Below, in pieces: positions 26,610 to 40,222 of a stretch of 64,000 nt of DNA (the stretch's first letter is position 1; the number at the start of each line of letters is the position of its first letter). Both the position numbers and the translations under genes were made by a program. The stretch is from Camelus dromedarius. Lineage: Eukaryota. The stretch lies in assembly GCF_036321535.1 (NCBI RefSeq), contig NC_087437.1, positions 82,772,001-82,836,000 on the forward strand, written 5' to 3'. Below the pieces are notes generated by a model. That model ran no database searches. It saw only the letters and a program-made list of their open reading frames with translations, and had not been told where the DNA came from.

Positions 26610-26830
26610 GGTCATTAATATTCATTGAACCCTAACTACAAGCCAGACATTCTGCTAAATGCTTTACATGGACTGTATGATTTAGTCATCACACAATTCC
26701 ATGAAGAGAGGGTGCACAAAATTATCTTTATTGCTCAGATGAGGAAACCAAAATGAAAGCTAAAGTTCTGTTTGATGATTCCACTGTGGGTGAGCAGGTA
26801 CCCAGGTATGTGATCCAGAATGATCGAGAT
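26610..26830 (-). mobile_element. MIR SINE
   Basis: cattgaaccctaactacaagccagacattctgctaaatgctttacatg...cagatgaggaaacc. Confidence 0.65.
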
Positions 26831-29800
26831 GAGATCGAGATGAAGAGAAGGATTGGAGGGACCCTGTATACTCTTTACCCACTCGCAAAGTCATATTCAG
26901 GTTATAAGCAGTCCCCATGTCCACACTTCCTACACTTTTCTCTGTTCTCCAACTGGTGCTTTTAATGAAGGAAAAAAAGGAATAAAAATAATTTTACTAT
27001 AAAAAGAAAAAAACTGAATTGTTTGGGATCAAAGGGAAGATGCTGGTACTCTATCATTTTCTCATTTAAAAACTGTCAGCATGAAAGGTTACCAGCTATG
27101 AGCTCCCAGCCTATACGCGTGCTTATATGTCAGTACAGTCCTGAGACATTCACAGAAGAGCAGAACATTGTCATTGTCAGAGAACCTACAGTTGGGGAAG
27201 TAATGATCCAAGTTGAAATACACGTAAGAATAACCACAGAAGGCTGCACAGTGCTGTGAGTTTGTAAGGGAGGGAGCTCACAATGCCTGGGGAAGTGGCA
27301 GAAGCCTTCCTGATAAAGTGGTTTTAACCAGGCGAACTTTTAGGATTGGTTGGTTTCTGGTCAACAGAGATGGCAGACATTTAAGGGGTAAAGATCACAG
27401 CATCAGAACACCAAGGGTTCAGGAAAGCTTGTGGGTGAAAACGCCAGTCCTGCTGCAATGAGTAGCAAGCCTCAGGCTCCGGTCCTGGCCCACTGCTTCC
27501 TCCTTGAGCCAGGTACCCTGCACCCCTGCCCAATAATTGGGCCAGTACTTACTGGTTGGTTACTGAGGGCCATGGTTCTGTGAACTGGGGTACTGCCCTC
27601 TTGGAGCTGTGTTAGTATCTCCATTGTGTGGGCAGCAGCCCCGTTATCACCTGTGAGATACAATCCAAACTCCTTTGCATTTTATATCTGTAATTTTTTC
27701 AGAGTCTGGCCCCTCCCTTCCTCTTTGACTTAATCTCACACCAGCATCCTCACCCTTTGTATATGGTTGAAGTTAAGATTGAGCTTTTTATTCTTCTAAC
27801 ATAATTTCATGCTGTTTTGCCTTGTCCCCTGTACTGATCTCTTTACATATGCCATTTTCTCTACTTGAATAGAAAGAGCCCTTTCCTTGTGTGCTTGGAA
27901 AACTCCTTATCATCCTTCAAAATCTTTCTTGGGTATCATTCCTTCTGTCACCACACACATACTCATTTCCAGATAGTAATTTCTAGTTTTTTCTGCTTAG
28001 TCATTAATCACAATATATATTAAATATTTGTTTCTGGCAAAGAGTTTTAATCATTTTCTTATTTCTAATACTTAGTGATGTCCATCATTCAAAAAATAGG
28101 AATTAACTCATTTCTGGAGCAAGTCTGTTGCCTCAGGCACATCATTTGATGTTAGTCTCTGGGCACGTGTATGCCCTTCACACTGTTGTCCTTCGCCTGA
28201 TTCCCACAGTCAGAGCCTGGGCTTCCCGGTTCCGTGAAAATCAAGCCCTTTCTTGAGCCGTAACCTACTTGCACAGGGCCTAACATGCTGCCAGTGTTCC
28301 CCAGCCACTGTCTTCCTAGGAGCTAGACCCCTTTGCTCTCATAATAAGAGGAGCCCTCCTTCACCTGGAATTCTGTGAACTGCTTCTGTGCTTCTCTGTT
28401 AGCTAAATCACTGTCAGTAAGTTGGGTGCACTCCTTTGCCCTTTTTCAAATTCTAATTTGAACTGCCACCTCCAGCATTATGAAAGTCCACCTAGTCTTG
28501 GTTCCAGTAGTTCCCTTCTTTTAATTTGCAGTTGAAAGTCCTGGAGAACATTCAGGTAGCTTCAGTAATCTGGTATCATAAGAGAGTAATGAGAAACAGA
28601 AGCTGGAAAGGTCAGTGGGGACAAGGTGGTGGAGGACTTCCCATTGACAGGCCTACTGAAGAGTTTGTACCTGAGATAATACCAGTGGCATCATCCTCAG
28701 GCACCTCAGCTTGTACCACTTCCACTTGTCCATCTCTAGGTTCACTTGTCTCAGCCCAGGTCCATCATCTCACTGATGCTTTTCCCCTTGTCCTTGAGAC
28801 ATCCCAAACCTAGCCCACGTGCCATTCCCCATTGTCTGCTTGCTCTGGTTCTGGATAGCTCAAGGTTACTGGAGAAAGTCATGCGGCCATCTGACTAGAT
28901 CCACCTCAAATGAGGACGACTAATCAAGCCTCAGAAGGGGATTTCTGCCCAGCAGTGGCATCATGGCTGTCCTGCTGTGTGGAGCTGAACCCCTGCCCTC
29001 CTCATCTCTGCACAGTAAGACTCTGCCTCCTGCCTCACCATCCCTTCTTCCTGAAATCATCTCTTCCACCTTGTCCAGAATGCTGCTTCATCGAGTGTAA
29101 GTTGTGTTTTAGTATAATTTAAACTTCTAGGGAGCTTCTTACTCTGTACCTGAATCATTCTTACAACGCTGCTGGCATATGTACATCTGTCTTTTCAACT
29201 GGTTGCTTTCCAGGTACCTTATATATCTGCTTTTTTTCAGTGACCAGCTTTCTCACTAGTAGACTACATCTATGCTGTACATTTTCTTAGTGCCTAGCAC
29301 ACAAAAGATTTTTGTTAAATGATTTCCTTGCAGTCTAGCTTCTGCTCTACTGAAACTGTCATATAAACTGTGAGATGTTTTTCTTTCCGATTTTGGTTTT
29401 TGTTTACTCTGAGAAACCTGAGAGCTTTCTTCATCTTCACTATTTTTTACTTTGGTGGACTTTGAAAGTAGGGAGAAATCGAAGTCTGACATCCTTGGAT
29501 TTAAATACTAAGCATGTCACTTTCAGTGCTTTTAAATAGCCCAGCTCTCTAGAATGTATGAGGTCTGGATGGAAACTGTTTGGGTAGTTGATAAACTTTG
29601 GTTCCATGAGTGAAACAACACGTGAATGGAAAATTTTGTTTCTCTTTTCCCTGCTCTACAGTTAAAATCTCCAGTTTCAAATGTTGGCTTTCTACTGAGA
29701 CCCCAGCACTTCTCCATCCTTCTGCCCCGTATCCTCACCCCAGTTGTTGTGTAGGAAAGGTGCACCCCTAGCTTAGTGAGGGGGGTCAGACCATGCAGTA

Positions 29801-30089
29801 GAGGTATGTGACAGCAAGATTGTTCGTATGATATGTCCTTACCTGGCCTCCAGCCCTCCGAGAGCTTAATACTGGTTTTGTCCCTCCCTTTGGACCTCCA
29901 CTTTCTCTTTCCAGCTTCCACCTGTTGATACATTCAGCTTTCTTTGCTCTCCACTCTCAGGTGATTTTCAGGTTCGAGGGTTACCTTGTTGCTCCTGGCA
30001 TGCCCCGGTTTCTGGTTACTCTTTATATCCTAGATGCTAACTGTCGATCTGAATGTGAGGCAGAAGTTCAGTTGCATGGGCGGGGGAAG

Positions 30090-30540
30090 AGTGTTTTGGT
30101 CAGGACTCTTGCTGTTATAGGGGACAGAAATTGAAGTCTACTTAGAGTAGAAGGGAAGAGTATTAGGAGCATTCTGAGGTGATTTGTGTGGAACCTTCAT
30201 GAGAACTGAACCAGCTTGAGCCCCAGGAGGAGCAAGGATATAGCTGGACCTCAGGCACCAAGAACTCAGCTTCATTCCCTGGCTTCTGTCTGGCTTTCTC
30301 TGCTTGGAAGAAATCGTGGCTGCTGGCAATCCTCAAGGCTTTTTGCTTCAGCACGGGAGAGATTCCAGGATTTTCCTAATGTACAAGGTCCAGAAATTGC
30401 AGGGAAGGGTAGATTGGCTTCACATTGGCCCAGTGTGAGTCAGTTCCCCCCCTTGGACCAGTCAGCTAACCAGGGGGGATGAGGTCATATGAAACTTTTG
30501 GAAATATACAGCAGTTCCCAGGAGAAAAGGGGGTACCAGA
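30090..30540. mobile_element. Old MLT1-like MaLR LTR
   Basis: ggtcaggactcttgctgttataggggacagaaa...gattggcttcacattggcccagtgtgagtca...tggaccagtcagct. Confidence 0.5.
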
Positions 30541-30809
30541 TGCATAGAGACATCATCTTCAGAAAGAAAGAGTATTCACGTTGATAGAGTTCACTACATT
30601 TTATGTAAGTTCTTAGCAAACCCTCACAATGGCCTTGTGAGACGGGAGGTATTATTCCCATGTACAGTTGAGGATATAGAGGTTAAGTGCCAGGATCATC
30701 TCAAAGGTTGGCATAGCTAGAATTTAAATCCAAAGCTCTGTCTGATTTCCAAGCCTTGTACTTTCTATTCTTATCATTTGCCTCCCAAGTGCCTACCACT
30801 GGCTCATTT

Positions 30810-32220
30810 GAGTTTATTATTTTCTAAATTCGGCAGCATGTGTTAAAAGAGCCTGCTATGCCCAATTTCTGCGTCTGTGGCTACAGAGGCGAATAGAATG
30901 CATTGCCTGCCTAACAGTTTTACAGCTTGGTATAATAAACTGACATAAAGATGTATAATTACTCATATTAAGTTCAGGAAAGAGATTTTGATAGTGGAAA
31001 TGGAGAGAATAGGGCTCTTCAGGAAGGTTTCACAAGGGTGGTCACATTGAGCAGGTATTTATTTGCCAGGCGGATTTGAGGAGAAAGGACATTGCTCTTG
31101 GCAAAGCAGAGTAGATGGTGCAGTGGGAGAGGAGGGAGCATGGGGAGCATGTGGGGAGCCACCCACGGTTCCACAGCTGGAGCAAAGAGCTTGTGGGAAA
31201 AGTCCAGAGATGAGATGAGAGAAGGAATCAGAGGACCGACTATGATGGACTTTGCTTGCCGAAGAGTTTGAGCTTTATTGTATCATCGGTGGAGAACAGC
31301 TGAAGGATTTTTAAATATGGGGTCTGCATGACCCAGGTGGTGCCTAAGAAACCGTGACAGGAATGTGGTCAGTGGATAAGAGGAAGGAAAGCTAGGAAAT
31401 GGGGAAGCCTGATAAACAACGATGGCAGGGACTGCAGAAGGACTTAATTTAGAGATATTAAGAAAATAAAGTATGAAGCTTAATGACCAGTCAAATGTGA
31501 GAGAGCAAAGGTCAGTTAAATGCTGGATTTTTTTCTTTCTAGAATCGTCTTCTCCCTGCTCTCTACCTTCTTTACCCACCAGTATTTCTGCCTAGTTAAT
31601 TGCTATTTATCCTACACACACACACACACCCATGTAAGACATCCATCATTTCCCTGCAGTTCTCATCATCCCTGAGATTATTTACCGTGTCTTTCTTACC
31701 ATATTGTAATCTCTGTAAGGACAGGGGCCTTGTCTGTCATTTGTTGTTGTTCTTAGCACCTGGTAAGATGGAAGATGTTCACTGAATGCTTGGGACACGT
31801 TGAGTTTGAAATGCTGTGGAGTTTCTGGGTGGAGGTGCTTAATGCAGAAGTAGATGACGGGTTTGAGGATGAGGAGAAAGGTTGGAGACTTCAGCGCTTT
31901 CTCTGCTTCAGTTGGTAACTGGAGTCGTGGGAGTAGGGAGATGGCCCAGGCAGTGTCCAGAGAGCGGGGAAGGAGCTCTGAAGAACAGCAGCGTCAGCAG
32001 TCAGGTAAGTCAGCTAAGATGCGGGAGGCATGGCAACTAGAGAGTTAAAAGAAGAACTAAGACGGGGAAGGAGAGTTTTAACAAGGAGGGAGGGAAGATA
32101 TGAGGGGAGGAAGGGCCAGCAGTGCCAGATGCTGTAGAAAGGTCACCAACGATAAGGAAGGAAAAGTATCTGTAGACTTCTGGCAGCTCAGAAACTGCTT
32201 CAGTGAGTAGTTCTGCTGGA
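30810..32220. mobile_element. Cluster of L2 remnants
   Basis: ggaaggtttcac..., gagtttgagctttatt, ctctgtaaggacaggggccttgtctg, gttgagtttgaaatgctgtg, gtgccagatgctgtagaaaggtca are L2 motifs. Confidence 0.6.
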
Positions 32221-32227
32221 GAGGCAG

Positions 32228-32671
32228 GTCCGCATTTCCTAGGGCTGCTGTAACAGTTTACCACAAACGTGGATGGCTTAAAACAACAAATTTATTGTCT
32301 GATGGTTCTGCAGGCAAAAATTCTGAAATTAGCGTATTGGTAGGGCTATGCTCTCTCTCTGTAGGTTCTAGGCAAGGATCCTTCCTTGCCTTTTCCTAGC
32401 TTCTGGCAGTGACAATCTTTGCAATTCCGTTGCATCATTCCAATTTCTGCCTCTGTAGTTACATGATGTTCTCCCTACGTCTGAATCTCTGTCCACATTT
32501 TCCTCTTTTTATACCAGTCATTGGATTAGGGTCTACCCTAGTCCGATATAACCTTATTTTAACTTGATTACACCTGCTAAGACCCTGTTTCCAAATAAGG
32601 TTACATTCATAGGTACCAGAAATTAGGAACGTGTACTTTGGCTGCGGTAGGGGCACAATCCGACCCACAAC
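32228..32671 (-). mobile_element. MLT1C-like MaLR solo LTR
   Basis: tttcctagggctgctgtaaca...accacaaac...ggcttaaaacaaca...aagaccctgtttccaaataaggttacattc...gcacaatccgacccacaac. Confidence 0.8.
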
Positions 32672-32884
32672 CGTCTGGAAGCTGAATTGCAGTATTTTGA
32701 ACCTAGAACAGGAGGCGAAGAAGAAAGACATCAACATAGAGAACTGAAAAAAATCTCTCTGTAAAAGAAAGGAACAGTGGAACGAAGATGGTAGATAGAT
32801 GTTGGGGGCCACTGGGTGCAGAAAGAATTTTTTTGTGTTTTCCTTTGTTGTTGTTTCTCTTAGTATTTTAAAATTTGTGCAGAT

Positions 32885-33290
32885 CCTTTCCCGACTCCAC
32901 TAAAGAGCCACCTTATAGGATATAATGTTCAAAAAAGGGAAAATCATACCTGTCATGCAAGTATAAAATGAACACATGTCAAAGATTTTGTTCAACTCAT
33001 TCATTAATGAACCAGTAAGATCTTAAAACCTTTTTGAAGAGTATTTGAGAAGCTAGGTGTTTATAGGCAGTCTTAGGCTATGATTGCTCAATTAGATGGC
33101 TAAAACTGGTTAAGGGCCATAAACCGTAACCTTTGGGATTATTGTCTCACCTCCACAGAAATAAATATGCATCTCTACAAAACAACAATCTACAAGTTAA
33201 CGTGTAGCCATAGTGGGACTTTTAATTGATGATAAATAGCAAGTCCAGTCCTATAATCCTTCGGCAGCTTTTGACCTCTGACACTTAAGG
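32885..33290. mobile_element. Probable old ERV-class LTR fragment (family not assigned)
   Basis: caaagattttgttcaactcattcattaatgaaccagtaagat resembles a recalled eutherian LTR motif. Confidence 0.3.
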
Positions 33291-36042
33291 GATGTGCTGC
33301 TTTTTTTTAAAAATTTAAACCTATTTCCAAGTTTCAGATAATTTTTCTAACATTTATTAGAGTCTGTGGAGGTAGAGAATGGGACCTGAGAACGTTTAAG
33401 TTAATTAGCACTTAGGTGATTCTGATGTTGACTAAATTTTGAGAAGCACTGAATGAGAGAATACTGAGTGGCTTTGAGAGTCCATCTGAGATTGGAGCCC
33501 ATTATGATAATGACAGCTCTCCCCTGGATTTTGTGATTTTTTAAATTTCCAGTAGTGCTCAGCTCTTGGGAGAATAAAGATCATTTGATCTGGGATGGAG
33601 GGCTTGCCAGACAGATCCTCAAGAAGGACATAGTGGCCAGGAGGTAAAGGTACCAGGAAGAGCCCTGGACATGAGGCCCAGGTTGGGTAAGGAAAGAAAT
33701 GAGGCTAGGGCAGGCAGGATAATACATGGGGAGAGAAGAGGTTCACAGAAAGTTATGCCATGGGTGTGAGAGGGCTAAAGGGTCCAGAGACCAGAATAGT
33801 GAGACAGTAAAGTTGGAGATTTCACAGGTGGGTGTAATATCCTCTAATGGCAAAAACAAAGTCCAGGTTGTGGTTTCTTGAGTTACTGAAGTGAAGTAGA
33901 GGTCATCGGGGAGAACAAGAGTGAGAATTACTTTCTTATGGATTTGTACTTTTCACAAGGCACTAGAAGCCTTAAAGCTGCTGTGAATCCGTGTAGATGA
34001 GCCGTTGTTCCGATGCTTTAGCTGGGTTGTGGCCAAATACACTCGATATACATGTGATGAGCAAAAGCCTTTCTGGTTTTTTATGACCATAGTAATACCC
34101 TCAGACATTTATTAAGCACACTGTTATGGTTTAGGCCCTCAATAGTAGATGTTTTTATACAATATCGCATTTAATTCTCACCCTACATGGTTTGAGTTTT
34201 TAGTATCCCCATTTTACAAAACTGAGCTTTAGCAGCAATAAACAACCTTTCCAAGGTCACAATGAGTGGTAGATAGGGCATTTCTATGATGCCAGAGCCC
34301 ATTTGCTTACCCATTATTTTCTAAGTAGAGTGTGTGCTTGGTGGGGGTTGGAGGATTTGTACATCTCATATTCCTTCATGTAACTCAATTTTTGTAAATT
34401 ATTACACATGCAGAGATGAGTTTGGGCTTAAAAAAGATTGAGCTGGGAGCTATTTCTTTTCCTTAAAATTGCTACTGTGACCCTCTTTGGGCTCTCACTG
34501 CATATCCATCTTATGCAGCATTTAAAAAAATGAGTAACTTAAAGTTGGACCTTGAATTAATTATCTTTTTGAGATTTGTAGTGATGACTGTAATAGGACT
34601 AGTACTTGTAGTTAAAAAATTTACAGTGTTAAATAATACATTAAAAATCTTCATTTTAGTCAAATGAAATAGGTGAACACTTGCAAGTTATTCTTTCAAA
34701 CACTTTTCTACTCTCTAAATGCCTTTTTTTCAGTTTATTATAAGATCTCACAGATGTATTACAAGATGTGACAGAAATGACACTTCAGATGAAGTATAGA
34801 CTCATCTGTTCACAGTGACAAAAAAAATCACTGTGATTGAAAGCTCACTGAAAAGCATAAACCTTTCCTAGTGTATAATGATTGTAATGAAAGTTATACT
34901 GCTCTACACTTTGGGGCATATTTGTGCAAGCTTCCTGTATTTTTATTTGTTCTTGTTAAAGAAGGTATTTTTAGGAGTAATACAGTGTTCATCTTAATTA
35001 AATTCAATAATTAAGGTAATTTATATTATTTATTAGTAGCAATGTGACTAAAATATGGGGTTAGCTGGAGGGTCACATAAAATCAGCATCATGGGCACAT
35101 ATTTATCCAAAAAACCACACTTGATTTGAAGTTTAGTAAGCAGCCTAAAATAAGCATGTGTCCTTTGTTACATTAATTCATTGTTAAATATGTTTCATGT
35201 TCTTTCTGTTTTCTCTAGGGATAAATAGTAAAAATTATTCAGCTGTTTTCTTGGAACAGTATCAAAATGTGTATCTGGCTTAACACATCTGACCTGACGC
35301 TCTTCAGAGGAAGTGAACACATGTTCTATGAGTAATCCCCTAGATAAATCTATAGCCAAACAAAGGAGCTATGAGATCAAATTCCAGTGTTTTTTCCTCC
35401 ACTGAAGTAAAATTAAAATTCAAAAATTACATTAACAGGTTTCTACCCTTTATGGTCAGTTAGAGTCTGGTGGAGACTATCTAGGGAAGGAGGAGAAGGC
35501 GAAGCTGACAGTGATGGTGGTGATGATGGAACTGGAGGAGAAAAAGTTGGTGATGTGGAGTTGTTGGTGAGAGTGGATGGATTGGTCCAATGATTCCCAT
35601 TTTGGAAATTATTTTTCCAGTAGTGGTTAATGTCAATTCTGCCTTGCAAAAAAGAGTAATAGTAGGTGGTGTAACTTGGTCAGATTACTGTTCTTTCCAG
35701 TTACAAAGCTAAGCAGAAAATCTGGAGACTCTTCCTCCACCCTAATTTATTAAGTAAGGGCTCCTGACCCAGGAAAAGATTCGAGGGTTGTAGACCGAAG
35801 AGAAGGACTCTTTTTATTCCCCCTTTAACTTAAAGAAAAATAAAGCATCCATTTACTTGTTTTAAAAACCAAGAAGTGGAAACATAAAACTCTAGTATAA
35901 CTGCTGACCTTGGGGGGAAGACGGTTCCCTAGGTTGGACCCTTAGTGAATAGAGTAGCATTACCCTTTGGGCCGAAGGAAACCCAAGCAAGAACTAACCC
36001 AGATCTTCTATTGGAGATGTCCTAGCCTTTGCTTTAAGTGAA

Positions 36043-36262
36043 CCCATCTCAACCTTGACACTATTTGACATTTAGGACCCATTGTTCTTTATTCTGAGGA
36101 GCTGCCCTGTGAATTGTAAGGTATTTTAGCAGCATTCCTGGCCTCTTCCCACTGGATGCCAGTAGCACCTCACCCCTCCAGTGGTGACATGTCTCTTGGC
36201 ATTCCAAATGGGAGGTAGAATTGCTCCAGTGTCCCCCACCCCCATTTGGAAACTTCCGCTCT
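36043..36262. mobile_element. MER20 (hAT-Charlie MITE)
   Basis: ctatttgacattt...ctgccctgtgaattgtaaggtattttagcagcattcctggcctcttcccactggatgccagtagcacc. Confidence 0.82.
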
Positions 36263-39252
36263 CAGTGTATTAGGTGATTTGTTGATAATGTTTTCCAGGT
36301 TTCAGTGTTACTTTTAAATATTTTGTTTTATTTTAAGTATTTTGGTGTAGAATAGACTTCACTTTTAAGAACTGTAAAAATAAGCTGGAAGCACATTTTC
36401 TAATTTGGGGGTAAAAGTCCGGACGAAGTCTTAGATTTGAGAATTCAACATTATATAACCTTTGGATGCTTAGTACCATGTTTTGCATTGTGCAGGTGGC
36501 ACCACCTCCTGGGTCAGGAGTACATATTTAAGAGTATGTAGAATCACAATGTAAAATAGATTTCTTACTTTGGAATCACAGAGAAAAACATTTGAAGCCT
36601 GCCGGCCTACTGAATATGTATAAGCCCTGCTTTCCTTTTCCAACTGGGATATTCGAAACATATACTTCATAGCAGTAGGTATTTGGCCAAGCCAGCTAAG
36701 CAACCAATCTAGTCAGGTTAAACTTGTCAGATAGTCTTGAAAATAGGAAACATTCAAACTGGTGCATTGCAGTAGATTTGAGAGTTTCTTTAAACTTTAG
36801 TTTCTGGTGCGTATCATCTTGCTTGCAAGAGGAGGAAGCTCTGAACTCCATCACATATTTTAGAACATTCTTGGCACGTTACTTGTGGACTGTTGATGCC
36901 CTCCCCCTACAAAGATACTGAAAAAAGACAGCTCCATTTTAATTGTTTTCTTCGTCAGCGTGCATGCAAAAGTCCTGTTTTTCGTCAGTTAGTATTTATT
37001 TTGTTAACTTTTGTAGAAATTATGCTTTATGAAGGAAAGGGCAAGAAACAATTTTTGTATGTTTTACTGAGAATCAAACATAAATAGAAGCATAAAAATA
37101 CCTAAAAATTACTCCAAACACTCTGCTTGTAGTCTTTTTGTAAAATCCATTTTAACCTTAAGTTAAATAATAGCAAATGGGGCATACATCAGACACAACA
37201 ATCTGCCTTTAATCAGCTGTTAGTAGGAATTTCGTGGCATTCTGAAATGCAGCAGTACTTCTCATCACTTAAAAGCAGCTTCATTTCTATTCACTAAAGC
37301 AAATACATTTATATTTTGAGTTATTTAATTTATTCAGTGGCTACTTTTTAAAGATTGAAATACTTCCAGGAAGCTCTTTTTCATCTTTTCAGTAGTAAGA
37401 GAACACTTCTAATTAATTTCATAATGTTAAAAACTCTGCCTTAGGATAGTGGGGTTTTTTTTTCTCTAAGGGAAATGTTAATGATTGTTCAAAAGTTATT
37501 TATATTACAATTCATTTATTTTCATATCTCTGTTTTTAAACTTAGATAATACCCAGTGGAGATATTGAAGGTATTTTCTTGGTAGTTTCGGGGGAAATTT
37601 GGAGTTATTTTTTTCTCTTGAGTTGTATAACATTTTAAGTTTTATATTTGCAGAAGGTCAGTGATGTATCATACAAAAATGCACCGGTTTATTTACTGGT
37701 GCCTTTATATGTTATGATATTATTGAACCGCTCACTATGCTTAGTTCTTGTGTGTGGAATGAAAGCAGGTGTAGAAAATAGCCAAAGTTGAATGCTGATT
37801 AAAAGCTAAGCTGTATATGAGAGATCTTTGTTTAAGAAGCCAGATTGCTAGCATCGACCTTTAAAAGTAGACCAAGTAACAATACTAGTATGGATTTGAG
37901 AATAAAATTTCTTTATCAGCAAAAAATATGAAGTATTGTTACCAGAATCTAGGTACAGAGTTGTTCCTTCATCAGAGTTTTGAGTCTGGTTTGAGATTAC
38001 TTTTTCATAGGTTAATCTACAGTTTCTTTATTCATTCAATTAATAAACCTTTATTTTGCAACTGCTGCTTGATAGATACTATGTTCTTACTCATAGGCTT
38101 TTAAAGCTTTCGTCTGTTCTAGTCCATGGTATCACCACTACATTGTGCTTAAAAATAATAAATCAAGATAATAGAAAATTCTGTTATAGCCATCTGTATC
38201 CATACTGAGGTTAAAACTCAGCAGTGTCACTTTTCATGCAGTTTTTTTGGTTGTTTTAAGTACTGAACTGTTCCGAAAGATGATTATAAGTAGCTCTTTT
38301 CAGGGAGAAAATACTATCATTGTGAAAGGATGTATTCATCTGAATCCCATCATTAAGGAATGCTAAATGGTACAATTGGAGCAGCAGCTGAAACTTCTTA
38401 TCAATATTACATGCCTCCTCCTAGGTGCTCAGCAGAATCAGATTTTATGATAAAGGGAAGAATGCAGATCTCTGATTTTTACAAATAGTATGTTAAGTTA
38501 CCTGAATTTCCATATTCAGTTGATGAAGAAATGTCTGTAGCAAATAATGCTAATACCAAGATAGGAAGGTCATTTTATTATTAATCTTTAATAAGCCATT
38601 AAACTGTTATTTTTTCCTCATCGTTCTAGAGGGAGAAATGAGGCTTTTGGAGAGTGATTACTAAAAAGTTAAATTTCAGTAGAATGTAAAATTAAACTTT
38701 ATTAAATATTGCTTTAATTTCTTCAAGAAGGAATACCTTAGTGTGTAATGTGGTCAGTAATCTGCATAATCTTTATGTTAAGGGTTTTTAGAAGTCATTC
38801 AACATCTTACAGATTTTGGAAGGAGTTTATGATATTTGTGAATAAACAGATGAAGCTGACGTATACATTTATTTTTAGGGTTTACATTTATTATGAACAA
38901 TTAACTATCAATTGATACTCTTTTAAAGGTTAGATTTATTATGACATATATGTATATTTATTGCTAAGTTATGTTGACTTCTGTTTATTCAGATTGGAAA
39001 GTTCTTTGAACTCGTAAATTATTAAGGCAATTATTATTTTGACCTAACCTTGCTTCCTGGTTTCTGTGAGTAGATAGATATACTAAGAACTATGTCATCT
39101 ATTTTATCTTGTGTGAGGAAGGAATTGGTAGTACAAAATATCTGACGTCTTACATATTTTTTAATCTTTACAAAAAATCCTGCTTATTTATAATTTAAGT
39201 TAAAGATTTAAAGAATAATTGCTCATTCTTTCAACCTTTTTTTTTTTTAAAG

Positions 39253-39480
39253 GTGATGGATGTGGACATACTGTACTAGGCCCTGAGAGTGGAACCCTTA
39301 CGTCCATAAACTACCCACAGACCTATCCTAACAGCACCGTTTGCGAATGGGAGATCCGCGTGAAGATGGGAGAGAGAGTGCGCATCAAATTTGGTGACTT
39401 CGACATTGAAGATTCAGATTCTTGTCACTTTAATTACTTGAGAATTTATAACGGAATTGGAGTTAGCAGAACCGAAATAG
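39253..39480 (+). CDS. DCBLD2: DCBLD2 coding exon 2: N-terminal part of the CUB domain
   Basis: Poly-T tract and aaag| acceptor; ATAG|gtagga donor; 228 nt, phase 1-1. Translates (G)[75 protein letters not shown](G), with the CUB signature (CG..., S.NYP..YP, C.W.I, F..FDIE, C..YL.IY). Confidence 0.97.
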
Positions 39481-39819
39481 GTAGGAGATTTTCTTGAATA
39501 TATACTCGTAATACATCATTGCCCCAAGCTTTAAAACTGAAGCAGTGTTTGATACTTAACATTGAATAACTATGCTGTAGAGGGTATGTGGGAAATTATT
39601 GAAAAGGTGTGGAAATCTCAAATTTGAATCTTCTTTTGGGAAGAGAAGATTCTTGTCTGTTTATTTACTTTTTAGTAAGCCTGTGTTGATACCTTTGCAA
39701 CAATATGCCAGTACTTTTTCTAAGCAGAAGGAAGTTAATTATCTCTCTTTGTTTGTTTTGTTTTTCTTTGATCACTTTATTTGCAGTTAAAGAATACAAG
39801 TATAATGCATGCTCAGGAA

Positions 39820-40222
39820 TCAGTGTTTCATGATGATTAAGAGCATGGATTTTTGGACCCAAACTTCCTAATATTAAATGTTAACTCTGCTGTTAGCTTG
39901 CTGTGTGACCTTGGGCAAGTTAACCTGATCTCTGTTTCCTCACTTGTAAAGTGAACTAGTACATGTGAAGTGCTTAGAATAGTACCTAGCACATAATATA
40001 TGCTTAGTAAATATTAGCTGCTGTTGCCTTTATTTTTAGCTCAGAGCAGTGGTTGTCAATAATGGCTGCATATTAGAGTCACCTGGAAAGACTTATAAAT
40101 ATATATGTGGTCGTCATCCTTGAGCAGTTGAATCAGAATTGATTGAGTGGGATCCACACCTCAGTATTTTAAAGGCTTCCCAGGAGAATCTACTTTGTAG
40201 TCAAGTTGAGAACCTTTGGCTT
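39820..40222. mobile_element. MIR (~39820-40025) followed by a MER5-like element (~40045-40222)
   Basis: gctgtgtgaccttgggcaagttaacc...gtgcttagaatagtacctagcacata; cagtggttgtcaa...gctgcatattagagtcacctgg...gttgagaacc. Confidence 0.75.

Larger units (their letters stand above)
21605..39252 (+). other. DCBLD2: DCBLD2 intron 1 (GT-AG, ~17.6 kb)
   Basis: Lies between the exon 1 donor and exon 2 acceptor; the joined frame QQG-DGCGH is continuous. Confidence 0.92.

Noticed and set aside
29532..29933. 133-aa minus-strand ORF
   Set aside because: Non-ATG start, no domain and no evident exon signals.
39219..39497. ORF-track call of a 92-aa stand-alone protein
   Set aside because: It is DCBLD2 exon 2 plus intronic flanks; splice sites define 39253-39480.
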